A DNA stretch of 64,000 nucleotides from Azolla caroliniana (taxonomy: Eukaryota; Plantae; Polypodiophyta): NCBI GenBank assembly GCA_043228905.1, contig JBHGNT010000005.1:930001-994000 (forward strand), written 5' to 3'. A program made the translations under genes and the position numbers. Below the pieces are notes generated by a model. That model did no database searches and was not told where the DNA came from. It worked only from the letters and a program-made list of their open reading frames with translations. The first letter of the stretch is position 1. The number at the start of each line of letters is the position of its first letter. This document shows, piece by piece, positions 44,434 through 59,000 of this stretch.

Positions 44434-47400
44434 CTTCTTTTTTTTTCCCAAAAAAACACTACATCGCATTAGTTAGCAAACAAAATTACATCATAGAACA
44501 CCCAAAGTTCTTCTCACCAACCCTCACTCTGGCCTTCCCACCAAAGTGGACATAGTCCCCACCTCATTTTCAACAAACGTATCCAAACAACTCCAATAAC
44601 CTAATAATTTGTACCATATCTATACAGATTTACAGCACCTAGACGCTATTGGAAACCGGAAACAGCCATCGGGGTGCTTGGTAGTTCCATTGAGGCCCTG
44701 ATGAGGATCTGCCCACCATAGGAGAATTACCCCATTTCAGCAAGAACTTTGATCGAGATCTTTCAGCTGCATCAGATTCCCCCTTGATTGAGTCGTATCG
44801 TCCCCGCAGCCAAGATACCAACTCAAACTAGATATTTAATAATACCTCACCGCTAGGGATCTTTTGTTGTTGAAAAACAAATTTACAACGGTTGGTCCAA
44901 ATGTGCCAGACCGATAAACAAGACACCATCATCCATATCTCCTCAAAAAATTCTGAGTTAGTGCCATGTCGAACTCCAGCCCGTTGAAACACCTTGCCAT
45001 CCTGCACTATAAAACCATGTCCGTGAGGATTTAACTGTTCAGCCCAGCCTTCCCCTGTTAACTTCAGCCCTTGTACGGACCCCCATACAACTCTCCCATT
45101 CACTCCGCATGCTACCACTATCCTGAGACTTCTACCCCAAATGTTAATAGCCTCGCTGCAGTTCCAAAAACAATGAGGAATTAATTCCAAAGGGTGTCCA
45201 CAACTTTTGCATCCAGCCTCACCACCACGACACCTAAGCCACTCCCCCACTGGCACCGCTTTGTGGCTATTAGAAGCCATAACCAAAGCTTTATTTTTTC
45301 TGGCATATCAAACGCCCATAGCCTCCTCCAAAACGACTTCAACCAGTCATCAGAAATGCCTTTATCCTTCCAACTATTGCGAGTTAGGCCAGCACCCATC
45401 AATTTAGAGCCAATGATTTGCCTTCCTAGCTTGGTAGTGTACTCGAAAAACTGTTCAAGTTTGTCTGTACCCGGTTTCTGCCACCACACCTCTAGTGGAT
45501 CCCAATCCAGATCACATATGGGCTTGTTGTCAACTATCCAGAGTTTACGATCAAATTCCAGCTTCCCTGGGTCCGGGTTTACTTGCCACTTCTTACCTTC
45601 CAACATTGCCACTCGCACTGCCAACCATTGGCCATTGTCTGCCAAAGCACTTAGGTTGCCCCACAAACGATACTCATTAGATGGGCACCTGCCTCGGATA
45701 ATTTGCGCATCGCCCTCACCTACAAACCACCCAAACCAGACCCCCTCTTCTTCATTCAGCCTAGCTAGACCATCAACAGCCTTATCTATCAAGTGGGTAA
45801 CCTTTTCCAGCCTGCCAGTAAATCGAGGACTTCCAACCAGACCCTCCCTTCTTCTCCTTTTGAACTCCTCCCAGTCTCTTACTGAACTAACATTGTGCCC
45901 TACCATTTTTCCCCATGGCAAGTATTTTTTCTGACCAAGCATCATACCATCATCACTTCGAATCCTGGGGTTCCAAAACAGAGGTTGACGGAGTTGTTCC
46001 TCCATTGTTTTTGGCTGCATTAAGACCAGCCCCTCTCTTAAACTTGACCAGGCCCTCATTATGGTGCGGGCCACCCTATCCTCCATGCTAGTAGGTTCTT
46101 TTAACGTTAGGCCTGGACTGAACAACCACCACATCTTTGCCTTCCAAGGGCCGCCATTCCTCGGACTCCAGAGTTCAGCTCTGTCTCTAAGAAGCAATTT
46201 CCACAATTCTGGTCCAGGTTGGAGACTTCGCACCAAGAGCTTACCAAGTAAAGCCTTACTTTGGTGACCTGGATCCACCATCCCAAGTCCACCTTGACTT
46301 TTTGCCTTGATCAAACAACTCCAGGCCACTTTAGCTGAAGCGGTCTCATGGTCTCTACCCGACCAAAGGAACCCTCTCACCATTGCCTTAATATTTTTTA
46401 TGCACTCTTTATCTAACATCCAGCATGCCAACGAGTGCCACATGGTGGCCAACAAAATATGGTTTACCACAACCACTCTACCTGCAAGGGAAAGCTTTAC
46501 TGATGCCCATAACCGAAGCTTTTTTCTGATTTTGTCTTTCACTTGCTCAAGTTGCTGATTTTTCTGAATCTCTATTCCCACCAAAAAGCCCAAATACTTC
46601 ACAGCCCTTCCATTAGGAACCCATTGAAAATCAGCATTAGGTTGCCAATTCGGCCAAGAGTTTGGACTTACCCAAAACCCTCTACTTTTGTTCCAATTAA
46701 TTTTCCCACCTGATGCTTTACAGAACAACTCAATTCGATTTTCAGCCTGCTGTAAATTAGCATCATTGCCTTGCAGATAGAGCATGGTGTCATCTGCATA
46801 CATGGAGTCCAACAAGTCCTTACAAGCATGTGGGACAACCAAACCTCGAATTCCTGAATCCGGTCTATTTAAAAAGAAAGAGAATGCCTCTAAGATAAAT
46901 AAATAAAGGTAGGGGGCCAATGGGCACCCCTGTCTGACAGACATTCATAATGGAATTGATGGGCCCCGTTGCCCTAGTACCAACACCCTACTCAAGCTTC
47001 CTTTGTAAAGCGCCAACGCAGCTGCTCTCCATTTTGAGGGTAGTCCCAACCGCTCCATGACTTTGTCTAAAAAAGGCCATTGTACTCTATCATATGCCTT
47101 CTCAAAGTCAAGCATGAGGCATGCAATATGTTGATTGGTTTTCTTCGCCAGGGCAATCGCTTCCCAAAAGGTCAACACATTATCGATTATACATCTATTT
47201 TCCATGAATCCTGTTTGTCCAACATTAATTAGCGCATGTAAGTGGGGTTTGACCCTCTTGGCCAGCATATTAGCAAAAATCTTATAGATTGTGTTGAGCA
47301 ACGTAATCGGTCTCCATTGCCTCACATCTGATACTATACCCTTTACCTTAGGAATTAGAAATATTAGTCCCTCTTTAAAATGTTCAGGGAGGTACCCATC

Positions 47401-47790
47401 ATCCCATGCCTCATTTAGTCCAGCAACCAGGTCAACCTTAATTATTTCCCAAAATTTTTCATAAAAATCTTTTGATAATCCATCGTCTCCTGGACAAGAC
47501 GTTCTACATATACTTGCCAGAGCATCTGACACCTCCTCTTCCAAGAGTGGCCCTGACAACTTAACTTGTGCAACCTCTGAAATTCTTGGTTGCATTCCCT
47601 CCAATACAAATTCTGCCAGTGAGGGCTGGTCTGGGAGACTATAATTATTTGATAGTAGCCCATTATAGTGAGATGTGACTGCCTCCATGATCTCTGATAC
47701 ATCTTCTGACAGTGAACCATCCTCCTTGATCAATTTAGGAATGAAGTTACCAATTGTGCACGATTTTTTAAACTTAAAAAATTGTTGGTT
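44434..47790 (-). mobile_element. 5'-truncated L1/Tx1-type LINE, copy 1
   Basis: TSD AACTTGACCTT at 44423-44433 and 47791-47801; short A-rich tail (T run at 44438-44446 on +); ORF2 RT motifs. Confidence 0.9.
44639..47790 (-). pseudogene. LINE ORF2: reverse transcriptase and C-terminal zinc finger
   Basis: WRPITLLNTIYKI; LDFEKAYDRV; VRQGCPLAP; YADD; KYLG; CKSC...HCFWNC; stops at 46945 and 44828; frameshift at about 45270. Confidence 0.9.
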
Positions 47791-50082
47791 AACTTGACCT
47801 TATTTGCATCTATTCGCCAAAAGAATAATATGAAATTTTAGCCACCCTCATACTTATTACAAAGCTCAACCGACAAGAAAAGGTGTTTTGTAAATGATGC
47901 ACATTGCAAACTAACTGATTGGTAAAAGTTAAAGATACCCATATTGCCCCTCAAAGTGAGTGCTCTTTGAGTATGTCTTCTTAAGTGAACCATGTGGAAA
48001 ATGTTTGAATTTCATCATTTGGGATTTCAATGTCCTAGAGTACAAGTTGATGTAGATAGAAACCAGTCAAAATCACATGAGATGGGCCTCAAACACATAG
48101 CACAGAAACACGAGAGATTGGACTTTTAAATTATGGAATGACTAGTCTAAGATATACCTCAATCCTCACCCTAGTAGTGAGTGCTTATTGAATATGGCTT
48201 TTGAAGGGAGTTATAAATGCATTGAGAACCAAATGAAATGAGGATGGTGGGAATAGAAAATTGTAGTACAATTACACGCATGTAAATTTAAATTTTGTTG
48301 GGATGCCTACAAAGCAATGATGTGACACACCAACACCCACCCACGTTTTCCCATTATCGAATGGAACACGGATGTCCAAAGTAACATATTGCTATACTCT
48401 TTTCATAATCTTAACATGTTGGAGACTTGCAACTGCACCTCCATCCGATGTTCCACGAAAGGCAAGAAAGGTGATCATTCTCCCTCACGAACATTGTAGA
48501 TTGTGAATAGTTGGGCATATGCGAACATGCATCTTCATGTTATATAATCATTATATTAATTTTGACCATATAAGTTACTTGACACTTCTTTACAAAATGA
48601 TAGTGAAAAGTTAATCCTTGGTGCTATAATTCCAAGATCTTTGAATGCTTCTCTAATATAAATTAGGAGTTCAATATATAATAATGAAAACCAATCAATT
48701 GTTTTAAATGTTTTAAGTTAATGTAATCCACTTCAAACATTAAAGTATTGCTTCATTGAATCATTCAATTTACATTGATACACCATGGATGATCTCAAAC
48801 TATACATGATGAGATTTGAACCACATAAATATATTAAGTTCCAACACATTTATTACGCACATGGTTCATGTGTATATAAAGTCAAATGTTGGCCACTCAT
48901 TGTGAATTGGCATAGGTGGCAACTTGCAAGAAAATGTCCACATGCACTCTTTTTTTATTCACATGTTGATGGAACTTCTGGTTTTGCTTATTTACAAATA
49001 GATCATGTTTTTAATATCGTTGTAAGACATACTAGTCCTAGGGTTCAATTATCGCCATAATATATTAGTATATATATTATCAATCCCACATATACACACA
49101 ATTAAAATGAGATTAGAGATCAAAGTACCCCAACTTTTAAGGGGAAATATCAACTTTAGTTAGCAAGAGAATTAACATTTAAATTATTCTTTAGCTCTAA
49201 TTCTTTTTACTTAAAAGGGAACACGAATATCATATTTCTTACTCTATTATGGGGCCTATATATGCTTTACTTATATTTCCGAAATTGTGAAGGATAAAGC
49301 TGAACAATGAACCCCGTACACATGAGCTGGTTTTTAATATCACCATGATGAAACTTCCAACTAACAAGCATCACCATGGTATTCCTCAGGTTATAATCAT
49401 CGAACGTTTTTATCTACTACTTCAGAATCTTCAATGTATGAACCAAAGGTGGAATAAAAACAGTAAACCTCATGCCAACTTTGGGATAGGTATTGATGCA
49501 AGAAACATTGTAAATATCAAAAAACATACAAATATACGTGTCAAGAGGAGAATAGTCATCTTGAACAATCAATTGAAGCTGTCCAAAACTACACATCAAA
49601 AACCTTTTCACATTTTTCAGTAAGGCTCAATAATTAGTTGTATAGTTAAAATGGTGTAGATAGTGAGTAGATAAAAAGTACCATGTAAAGTTCTCTTTCT
49701 CCTTATGTATATACTATACATATGCATTGGTGCCATATGATAATGGATGAACACACATCCCTTAAAATAATAGTCATGTCCAAATTATTGTACACGATTG
49801 CCAATAATGCATGGCAATTTATATTCCCGAACCTCAACTTATAAATTATCATAGATACCCCATGGTGTGTATGGGGCCTAGGGTAATATCTATTATACCA
49901 CGATATTTCCCATAATATAAAAACTAATTTTGGTCAAACATGACAATATCAACGCATATGCTTTTCTTCTTTTGACACAAACTTTGAATGAGGAGAATAA
50001 GGATTGATGAATCTCTCTTTCAATGGTTTTGACCAATCCTAGTTCTGAATCATATTATCACCCCATATATGAAGGATTTTAA

Positions 50083-50514
50083 ATATATTTTCCTTAAAGA
50101 TTTATGACTTTTCCAAGTGTATCTGACTCTTAATTAATCGGTGTAAGTTGTCGATTATTGAAAAAAAATTCAACACGAGGAAATAAGGAAGTCATATAGT
50201 TTTATTTTGTAATGATATATTTAATAGTCTATCAAAATGAGAGAAATCTATCAATAAACAAGGGGCTTTACATGTAATGATTGCATGTATAAATAATGAT
50301 ATATTTTCCTTGAAGATTTATGATCTATTCGAGTGTATTTGACTCTTGATTAATTGGTGTAAGTTGTCGATTAATGAAAAAATCTTCAACACGAGGAAAT
50401 ATGGAAGTCATATAGTTTTATTTTGTAATGATTTATTTCATAGTCTATTAGAATGAGAGAAATGTCACTATCTATTAGTAAACCAAGGGCATTACATGTA
50501 ATGACTGCATGTAT
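50083..50514. repeat. About 215-bp direct tandem duplication, AT-rich
   Basis: ATATATTTTCCTT-AAGATTTATGA...CATGTAATGA-TGCATGTAT at about 50083 and 50299. Confidence 0.85.
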
Positions 50515-51961
50515 CAGTAAGCATATTTGAAAAGTGATGAGATTTTAACAAAATAGTTGGTGAAATGCAGCAAATTTTGGAAAACTGTAGAATATCTCAC
50601 TATAAAGCATTAGATATTTTTGCTCATTTTTGTAACAATATGAGATGGGTAATGATAAAGAAAAACAATGTAACAAGCACTTGTGAATGTGTCCTCGAAG
50701 AAGTTAGTGTATGACACAAGGCCTTCTTTACAAGGGCCACTCAACCTTTGGTATTGATAAGATTGCAGTTAAGTAAATTCAAGTCAATTGGAGATGGGAT
50801 AAAGTTTTGTTACAAGCAAGGTTACCCCTCCTTTGTTAACATTCATGTATTTGCTATTTTACTGGAAGCATTAGTAAGTGAATTGATTAATTTTCAATTC
50901 ACTACAATTGTGATGTCATTTCTACATCTTTTTGACTTTTGGTTGTCTAAGTATTTTTTTTCCAAAAAAACACTACTTCGCATTAGTTAGCAAACAAAGT
51001 ACATCAAGGACCATCAGATTTCAGCAAAACTCACTTTGGCCTTCTCACCAAAGTGATCATAGTCCCCACCCCCTCATTTACAACAAAAGTATCCCATCAA
51101 CTCTTTTAACATGGTAATTAACTTGTAACACAGTTATACATATTTACAGCTCTTGGTCACTAATGGAAGCCATTGGTGAAAACAACCATATGGGTGCTTG
51201 GTAGTTCCATTTAGGCCCTGATGATGATCTCATCACCATAGGAGAATTGCCCCATTTCAGTAGAAACTTTGACCGAGCTCTTTCTGCTTCATCTGATTCC
51301 CCCTGAATCGAGTCATACCGTCCCCGCAGCCAAGATACCATCTCAAACCAGATGTTTAACAACGCTTGGGAGCTTTTGCTGTTGAAAAACAAACTTACAA
51401 CGCCTAGTCGAAACTTTGACCGAGCTCTTTCTGGTTCATCGGATTCCCCCTGAATCGAGTCATACCGTCCCCGTAGCCAAGATACCAGCTCAAAGCATAT
51501 GTTTAACAATACCTCACCGCTTGGGAGCTTTTTCTGTTGAAAAACAAACTTACAACGCCTAGTCGAAATGTGCCAGACCAATAAGCAAGCCACCATCATC
51601 CATATCTCCTAAAGAAATGCAAAGTTTGTGCCAGGTCGAACTCTAGGACATTGAAATGCATTGCCACCGTGCACTATAAATCCATGACCATGAGGTTTAA
51701 ACTGTTCTGCCTAGCCTTCCCCCGTTAACTTCAGCCCTTGTAAGGACCCCATACAACTCTCCCATTCACACCGCATGTTGCCATGATCTTGAGACTTCTA
51801 CCCCAAATGTTAATCGCCTCTACGCAATTCCAAAAATAGTGTCCACATATCTTGTAACCAGCCCCCTCACCACGACACCTCAGCCCAAAGAGTTAGGGCT
51901 TAGTATATAAGCGATAACCTAACGTTGTAAAGAAGTTCTTGATCATTCTTGTATTGTGTCT

Positions 51962-51996
<35 letters not shown>

Positions 51997-53010
51997 TAAT
52001 AACAAAGCTTCCATTAAAGCTTAAACCGTGTATATCCTCTGTTTATTCTCTTGTCTCCCTTTTGTGTGATTTGTTGAATACATACGACAGATCCTCACAC
52101 ATATGTTTCAGCGCATATCTACCCTTGAACTGGTATCAGAGCGATTTGCGGTTCGGCGGCAACAAGCAGCAAAAAAAGGCTGAAAGGAAAAAGACCAGGT
52201 CAGTAAAATCTCACTTTCGAAGAAGAACGTGGCTTCAACATCCGGATCAGGAGTTGAAATCAGAAAATTCGACGACAAAAACTTTGCCCTATGGAAGGAG
52301 ATGATGCAAGACGTCCAGATCATCAGAAGACAAGTCGAAGCCATTCAACACAGTGAAAAACCTGCCTCGATGACAACCGAACAGTGGAGATCTACAGACG
52401 AAATCGCACGCTCCACCATCTGAATACATTTGGGTGAAAATGTCTACTTCAGCATGGCAAAAGAGACAATAACGTTCTCATTGTGGGAAAAGCTACAACC
52501 CGTGTACGAGAAAAAGTCCTCATCTTCAAAACTTATCTTGATCAAACAATTGTTCAACATGAAGATGAGAGAGACCGATCCGGCTACCTCCCACATCAAC
52601 ACTTTCAGTCGGATGTTGTCAGAACTCTCCTCACAAGGGATCAACTTCCAAGAAGAAGTGAAAGACCTTGCCCTCCTATCGAGCTTGCTGGCGAGTTGGG
52701 AGGTGTTTTGCACGACCTACGCCAATAGCCGACCGATCCTAAATCTGGATGAAATGATCGGCCAGGTTCTCACCGAGGACATTTGACAAAAATCGATGGG
52801 GCTCACCATCGACGAGTCAGTAGAAGCCCATCACTCGACTGAGTCAGTCGACCGATTGAGTCGCTCGAGAGAACAAACCGACAGAACTGGTCGGAACACC
52901 AACCGATCAAGAATGAGGGGAGACCAACAGCAGTCGAAGTCGAGAATGGGCCGATCAAGCAAATTCTACACACACTGCAGAAAAGTTAGCCACAATGTTT
53001 CCAACTGTTG

Positions 53011-53489
53011 TGTTGGGAATTCCATCCCTCCGGATGGATCCGGATGAGAACTAGAGGAGCCGGATCGGACAAGCCAAAGGAAGGAGCCGGATCGGACGTA
53101 TCCGGTGTGAACCGGATTAAGGGATATATCTGTAAATATGTTTCTAGAGGGCTTGTCATGCCGATATTTGTAAATAGTCCAAAAGTCATATAAGTATAAA
53201 TATGACTTAGGGCAACCACTTTGTAGTAGTTGTAAGAGTTGTTGTTATGACTGTTGTAAGAGATAGAGATAGAGAGGGAGATACAAAAGGCTTTTCTGTT
53301 GTAACCACCGATTGGCGAAGACATAGAGCTCGAGGTCGCTGCCTCCAAGTCTCGCTTGGTATCCTCTTCTTATAGTGATAATTGGAGTCTATGGGCTCCC
53401 GTGGTTTTTCCCCATTTAGGGTTTTCCATGCTAACATCTAGTGTAGTCTCATTTTGTGTAAGTGCATTAGTCTTATTTTCATTTCAACA
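53011..53489 (+). mobile_element. Isolated LTR related to the Copia A LTR, inside Copia F gag
   Basis: TGTTG...CAACA; shares AAGTCATAT..GTATAAATATGACTTAGGG and GCTCGAGGTCG with Copia A; no matching TSD, adjacent deletion likely. Confidence 0.7.
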
Positions 53490-56058
53490 TTGAATGGTTC
53501 TCGAACTATTCAGCCGAAGTCAGTGGCATAGTTTGACTAGGGAATGGGCAGGAATGCAAAATAGCAGGGATCAGAGAGGTTCCCATCAGATTGCCAAACG
53601 ACAATATGATCCCTGCACTGAGTTCAACACGTACTCGATCTAAAGGGGAATCTGGTCTCCATCGGCATGTTGGCAGAAGACGGGTACAAAATGACTTTGA
53701 GTGAGTTGGTATGGATGATCAGCTGAGGAAATGTTAGAGTAGGGAACAAGCACAAGTATAACTATTTGTACCCACTGATGGCGATCAATCCAGAAGGGGC
53801 CGTGAATGTAGCCAAAAAAACCGACCCAAACCTATGGCATGGTTGACTCAGCCACATGTCTCAAGCCGAACTCAATCGACTGATGGTGGTAGGCTACATC
53901 TCGAAACTTCAAGCGAAGACAAACTTCTGCAAGCATTGTCGATACGGAAAATAGACCCGAAGTCCGCACTCTCTCCACTACGAGATGGTACAACGACCCC
54001 TAGAGCTCGTGCACACAGATATATGTGGGCCCATGCCACAACGATCACTAGGAGGCTCCCGATACTTCATCACTTTTGTAGATGATTGTACATGGAAGCT
54101 CTGGACCTACTCCATCAAGTCCAAAGACGAAGCACTCGAGGTCTTCACTCGGTGGATATATGAAGTGGAGAACCGGTTGAGACACAGAGTGAAGACACTC
54201 TAATCCGACAACGGAGGTGAGTACACCTCCAGAGCCTTCAAACAGTACCAGTCCGACAAAGGGATACGACATCTAAAGATAGTTTCTTACACACCCATGC
54301 AGAATGGAGTGGCAGAATGGATCAACGGAACGATCCAAGAGACGATGACGGCAATGCTCCAACAAGCTGGACTGAAGCCGGAATTCTGGGTGGAGGCATT
54401 GCAGAGGGCAGTATACCTAGTAAATCTGTCACCGTCGAAAGCAATCAGGCTCAAAGTGCCACAAGCACTATGGTCAAGCAAACAACTGACCTACGACAGG
54501 CTTTGTATATTCGGATGTGAAGCCTACGCGTTTATCCCTAGGCAGAAAAAGACCAAGTTGGCGCCCCATGTGACGAAGTGCATATTTCTCGGTTATGGAA
54601 CCAATGGGGACTTCAGGCTACAGACAATGGGATCCAGAGAACCGGAAACTGCTCCGGAGCAGTGGCGTAGTCTTCAATGAAGACTCTATCTTCTCTCAAT
54701 GGAACAAGCAGAGAATAGTTCGTAAAAAAGTATCCTTCGAAAATGACAGAGTCATTGTTGAAAGACCGACCCACTAGGCCGATTCAGAGACTCGACAAAT
54801 AGTCGAACTCGAACAAGCCGACAATATACTTGCTGACTCTGAATCGGCAATAGGTTCAATAGTCGAACTCGATGACAAAGTCATCAAAGACAACAAAATT
54901 GACAGGAGTCGACAAAGGCACAATCAATAAGATGTAAGTCAGAGAAAGAACCGAATCGACAAAATCCTGAGGGGAGGACAACATGACACCATCGAAATTG
55001 TCATTTAGGGGTGGGTCATCTAACAATACTCCTGACACAAATGGTTCAACAAATACCAGTAGACTAGCAGAGCTGATCAAAGAATCCGAACCTCTTATAT
55101 CGACACCTAGGAGATCTAGACGAGCTCGAAGGCCGATAGAGTTCTATCAACCGGGCCTTAACTACGTCCATTACACCGATGCAGGCGAACCCATCACATG
55201 AAGAAGCTATGGCCGCACCGGACGCCGATACATGGTTACAAGCCATGAACTCCGAAATGAACTCGATCCATAGGAATCAAACATGGGAGCTGGTTGAACT
55301 ACCATCTGGAAGAAAGCCGCTACCCTGTAGATGGGTTTTCCGATACAAATATGTATTTGACTTAGAGAAACCTAAGTACAAAGCTCGGCTTGTCGCGAAA
55401 GGGTTTAAACAAGAACATGGGGTCGATTATGACGAGATATTCTCACCAGTAGTCAAGATGACCACCCTCCGACTCCTACTAGGTGTTGTGGCGACGAAAG
55501 ATCTAGAGCTTGAGTAGATGGACGTAAAGACGACATTCCTACACGAAGATCTGGAAGAAGACATCTACATGTCTCAACTGGCAGGCTTCACGGCAACGGG
55601 GGAGGAAAGTCACCTAAAGAAAATTCTTTATGGCTTGAAACAAGCGCTGAGGATGTGGTACTAGAAGTTCGAGTCCTGCATGATCCTAGGATTTATCCGA
55701 TCCTATATGTCGACAATATGATGATTGCAGTAAGCAATCAAGTAAAGATCGGAAAGCTGAAACGGAGCCTTCATGACAAGTTTGCGATAAAGGAACTTGG
55801 ACAAGCCCGACACATATTGGGCATGAGGATCGAGCGAAATCAGGCGACTAAGACTCTCTGACTCTCCCTGTCTGACTACATCCGAAAGGTGCGGAAGTGC
55901 TTCAATATGGAGAATGTGAAGCTAGCACCAACACTGCTTTCGACGTTGATCCAACTATCGAATAAAGACTCTCCTTCAACAGACAAGGAGAGAGAGCTTA
56001 ATGGAAAGATGCCCTACGCATCGGCTGTAGGAAGTATCATGTACGCAATGGTGGCAAC

Positions 56059-59000
56059 TGTTGGATATGAAGGTCGTCTTTGCGGAAGATCAAGAAGCAT
56101 TCGTTTCTTCTCTGTAACTGCGTATGACTGTTTGTAGGTCGTTGCACAGAGAGAGAGAGAGAGAGGGGCACAAAAGAGTCTTTATTTCATAAACAAGAAT
56201 ACAACAAGCCAACCTCACAAAGAGGTTACAAGGTCACTATATATAGTGACCGACTTAGGGCAACTACCCTTTATGCTAATTACATAAATGGCCAAAACGG
56301 GATGGTGTGAATACGTCCATTATACACATGTATTCGACACTCCCCCGTAATGGGCGTATACATGGGTTATCTAAGGTTACAGGTATAGACTTAGGTTCTC
56401 GGACATATCAGCTTTGTTCGAGTCGGCAGGATCCGAAGACAGAAGACCGAACTGGTCGGGTCGGAACAGTTGAAGCCGATCATTAAGGAGCTGATGTCGG
56501 TTGTCGGGAACCATCCTGCTCTGTGTCCGGCTCTAACCGGACTGGTTTGTCGTTACGCCCATCTGATGCCGAAGAGACCGAAAGCGGTCTGCCGAAAGAC
56601 ACTTGGTCATTCCATCTGCGACATTGTCGGTTGTGGATATTTTCTCTAGACCGATTTTCCCTGAAATGACGCAGTCCCGAACGAAGTGATATCGAACGTC
56701 GATATGCTTGGAGGCGTTGTGGTGAACCGGATTTTTCGACAGGGCAACAGCACTTTGACTGTCGCTGTAGACAACTGGAGCCGAGTCATGGTTGACTTGT
56801 CGAAACGTGTGCGCCAGCCGACCGAGCCACAAAGCTTCTTTTGCTGCGTCGGACGCAGCTACATATTCTGCTTCGGTCGTTGAGGTCGCTGTGCACTCTT
56901 GAAGTTTCGACTTCCACGAGATTGCTCCATTGCCGAACTTGAAGCAGTATCCGGTTGTTGATTTCCGACTGTCTATACAGCCGGCGAAGTCCGAGTCGGT
57001 GTAACCGACTACGCCTGAGGTTCGGTTCGGACCGAAAAGAATGCCGTGGTCTTTTGTGCCAGCCAGATATCTGAACACATGCTTGACTGCGTTCCAATGC
57101 GATCGGCCAGGGTTGTGCATAAATCTGCTAACGACTCCTACGGCATGAGAAATATCAGGCCGTGTCGCGACCATCAGGTACATAAGGGAGCCGACTGCCG
57201 GTGCATACGGTACCGACTTCATATCTTCCCCCTCCGGGCCGGATGTCGGACAGTCTCGCTGAGAGAGCCGAAGATTCATGGGGAGCGGGGTTGAAGCAGA
57301 TTTGGCTGATTGCATGTTGAAGCGTTCTAAGACACGTCCGATGTAGTCGGTCTGAGACAAAAAAAGATGTCGTTTATCGCGATGCCGACTAATCTTCATG
57401 CCGAGTATGTGTCGTGCCGGACCGAGGTCCTTCATTGCAAACTTCAACCGCAGTTGCCGAACGAGATCGGCAAGTTCGCCCGCGTGGCGTCCAGAAAGTA
57501 GCATGTCGTCCACGTAGATGATGAGGAAGATGGGTGAACCATCTTGAGCTGTGTTGGTGAAGAGACAATGGTCCTCATCGCTTTTTAAGAAGCCGATCGA
57601 TTGGATGAAGTCGTCGAACTTCTTGTACCATTGTCGCGGTGCCTGTTTGAGGCCGTATAGACTCTTCCTGAGTCGGCAGACTAGATGTTCTTGGCCAGGT
57701 GCCACGAAGCCTTTTGGCTGCTCCATGTAAATTTCTTCCTCGAGATCACCATGGAGGAATGCTGTTTTGACATCTAGCTGAATCAGCTCCAAGTTGTCGG
57801 CTGCCACTACGCCGAGCAGAAAACGAAGGGTTGTCATTTTCACCACTGGTGAAAAAATCTCGTCGAAGTCGACGCCATATTCTTGTCGGAAGCCCTTCGC
57901 AACTAATCTGGCCTTGTACTTTGGGGTGGCCGAGTCAGACGTCTCTTTTAGTCGATAAACCCACTTGCAAGGAAGAGCACGTCGGTTCCTGGGTAATTCG
58001 ACCAGATCCCAAGTCTTGTTTGCCCGGATGGAGTGCATTTCCGACTCCATCGCCAGATGCCAGGTGGCGGAATCGACAGATGTCGATGCTTCTTCGTAAG
58101 ACGTTGGTTCGCCGGCGTCGGTGAAGAAAATTCCAGGAGAGTACCTCTCCGGAGGTTGCGACAGTCTCTCGGATCGTCGAGGTATGATTGTACCGGTCGC
58201 ATCGGGTATCGAGGTCGGATGGTCCGAAAGCGGATTGTTCTGCTGTGCCGAGTCGGAGTTGTCCGAGTCGGTGGTGTCAGGTTCAGCTACCCGTGAAGCT
58301 GACCGTGTGTTGAGAGCAGGGCCTTCTTGAAGGGTCGGCACATCGGAAAATGTTACCCTTTGGACTTCGATCGATTTTTCGACTGATGGGTTCATAGCCG
58401 ACTCGTTGAACACAACGTCCGAACTTCGAACGATTTGTCTGCGTTCGGGGTCCCAGAGTCGGTATCCCATTTCGCCGTCTGATCCATATCCAAGGAAAAT
58501 GCATTTCCTGGACCGAGGTGCAAGTTTTCGGCGATCATCTTTCGGAATGAGGGCGTACGCCTCGCATCCGAAGATCCTCAGCTTGTCGTAATTCGGCTTA
58601 CTGCCGATCCATAGTTCCTGAGGAATTTGAAGTCCTAGAGGTCTACTTGGCGACATGTTGATTATGTGTACTGCCGTGAGTAGAGCCTCTGCCCAGAAGC
58701 CATCCGACAGTCCGGAGTGTTGGAGCATGGAAACTATCCGTTCTTGGATTGTCCGATTCATTCGCTCTGCGATCCCGTTTTGCTCCGGACTGTGTGGTGT
58801 CGTAAGTTCGCGTCGGATGCCGCGTTGTCGGCAGAATTTGACGAACTCTTCTGATTTAAACTCTCCCCCATTGTCGGTCCGAAGGCATTTCAGCTTTCGG
58901 TCAGTTTGATTTTCTACCATAGCGAGCCAATCGGAGAAGATCGAGAAGACACGGTCTTTGGTGCGAATTGGATAAGCCCACACCTTTCGAGTCGAATCGT

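Noticed and set aside
47802-50080. Possible gene or SWIM/MULE relic in AT-rich DNA
   Set aside because: Only an isolated CSC-type motif on the minus strand; no sustained ORF or splice pattern
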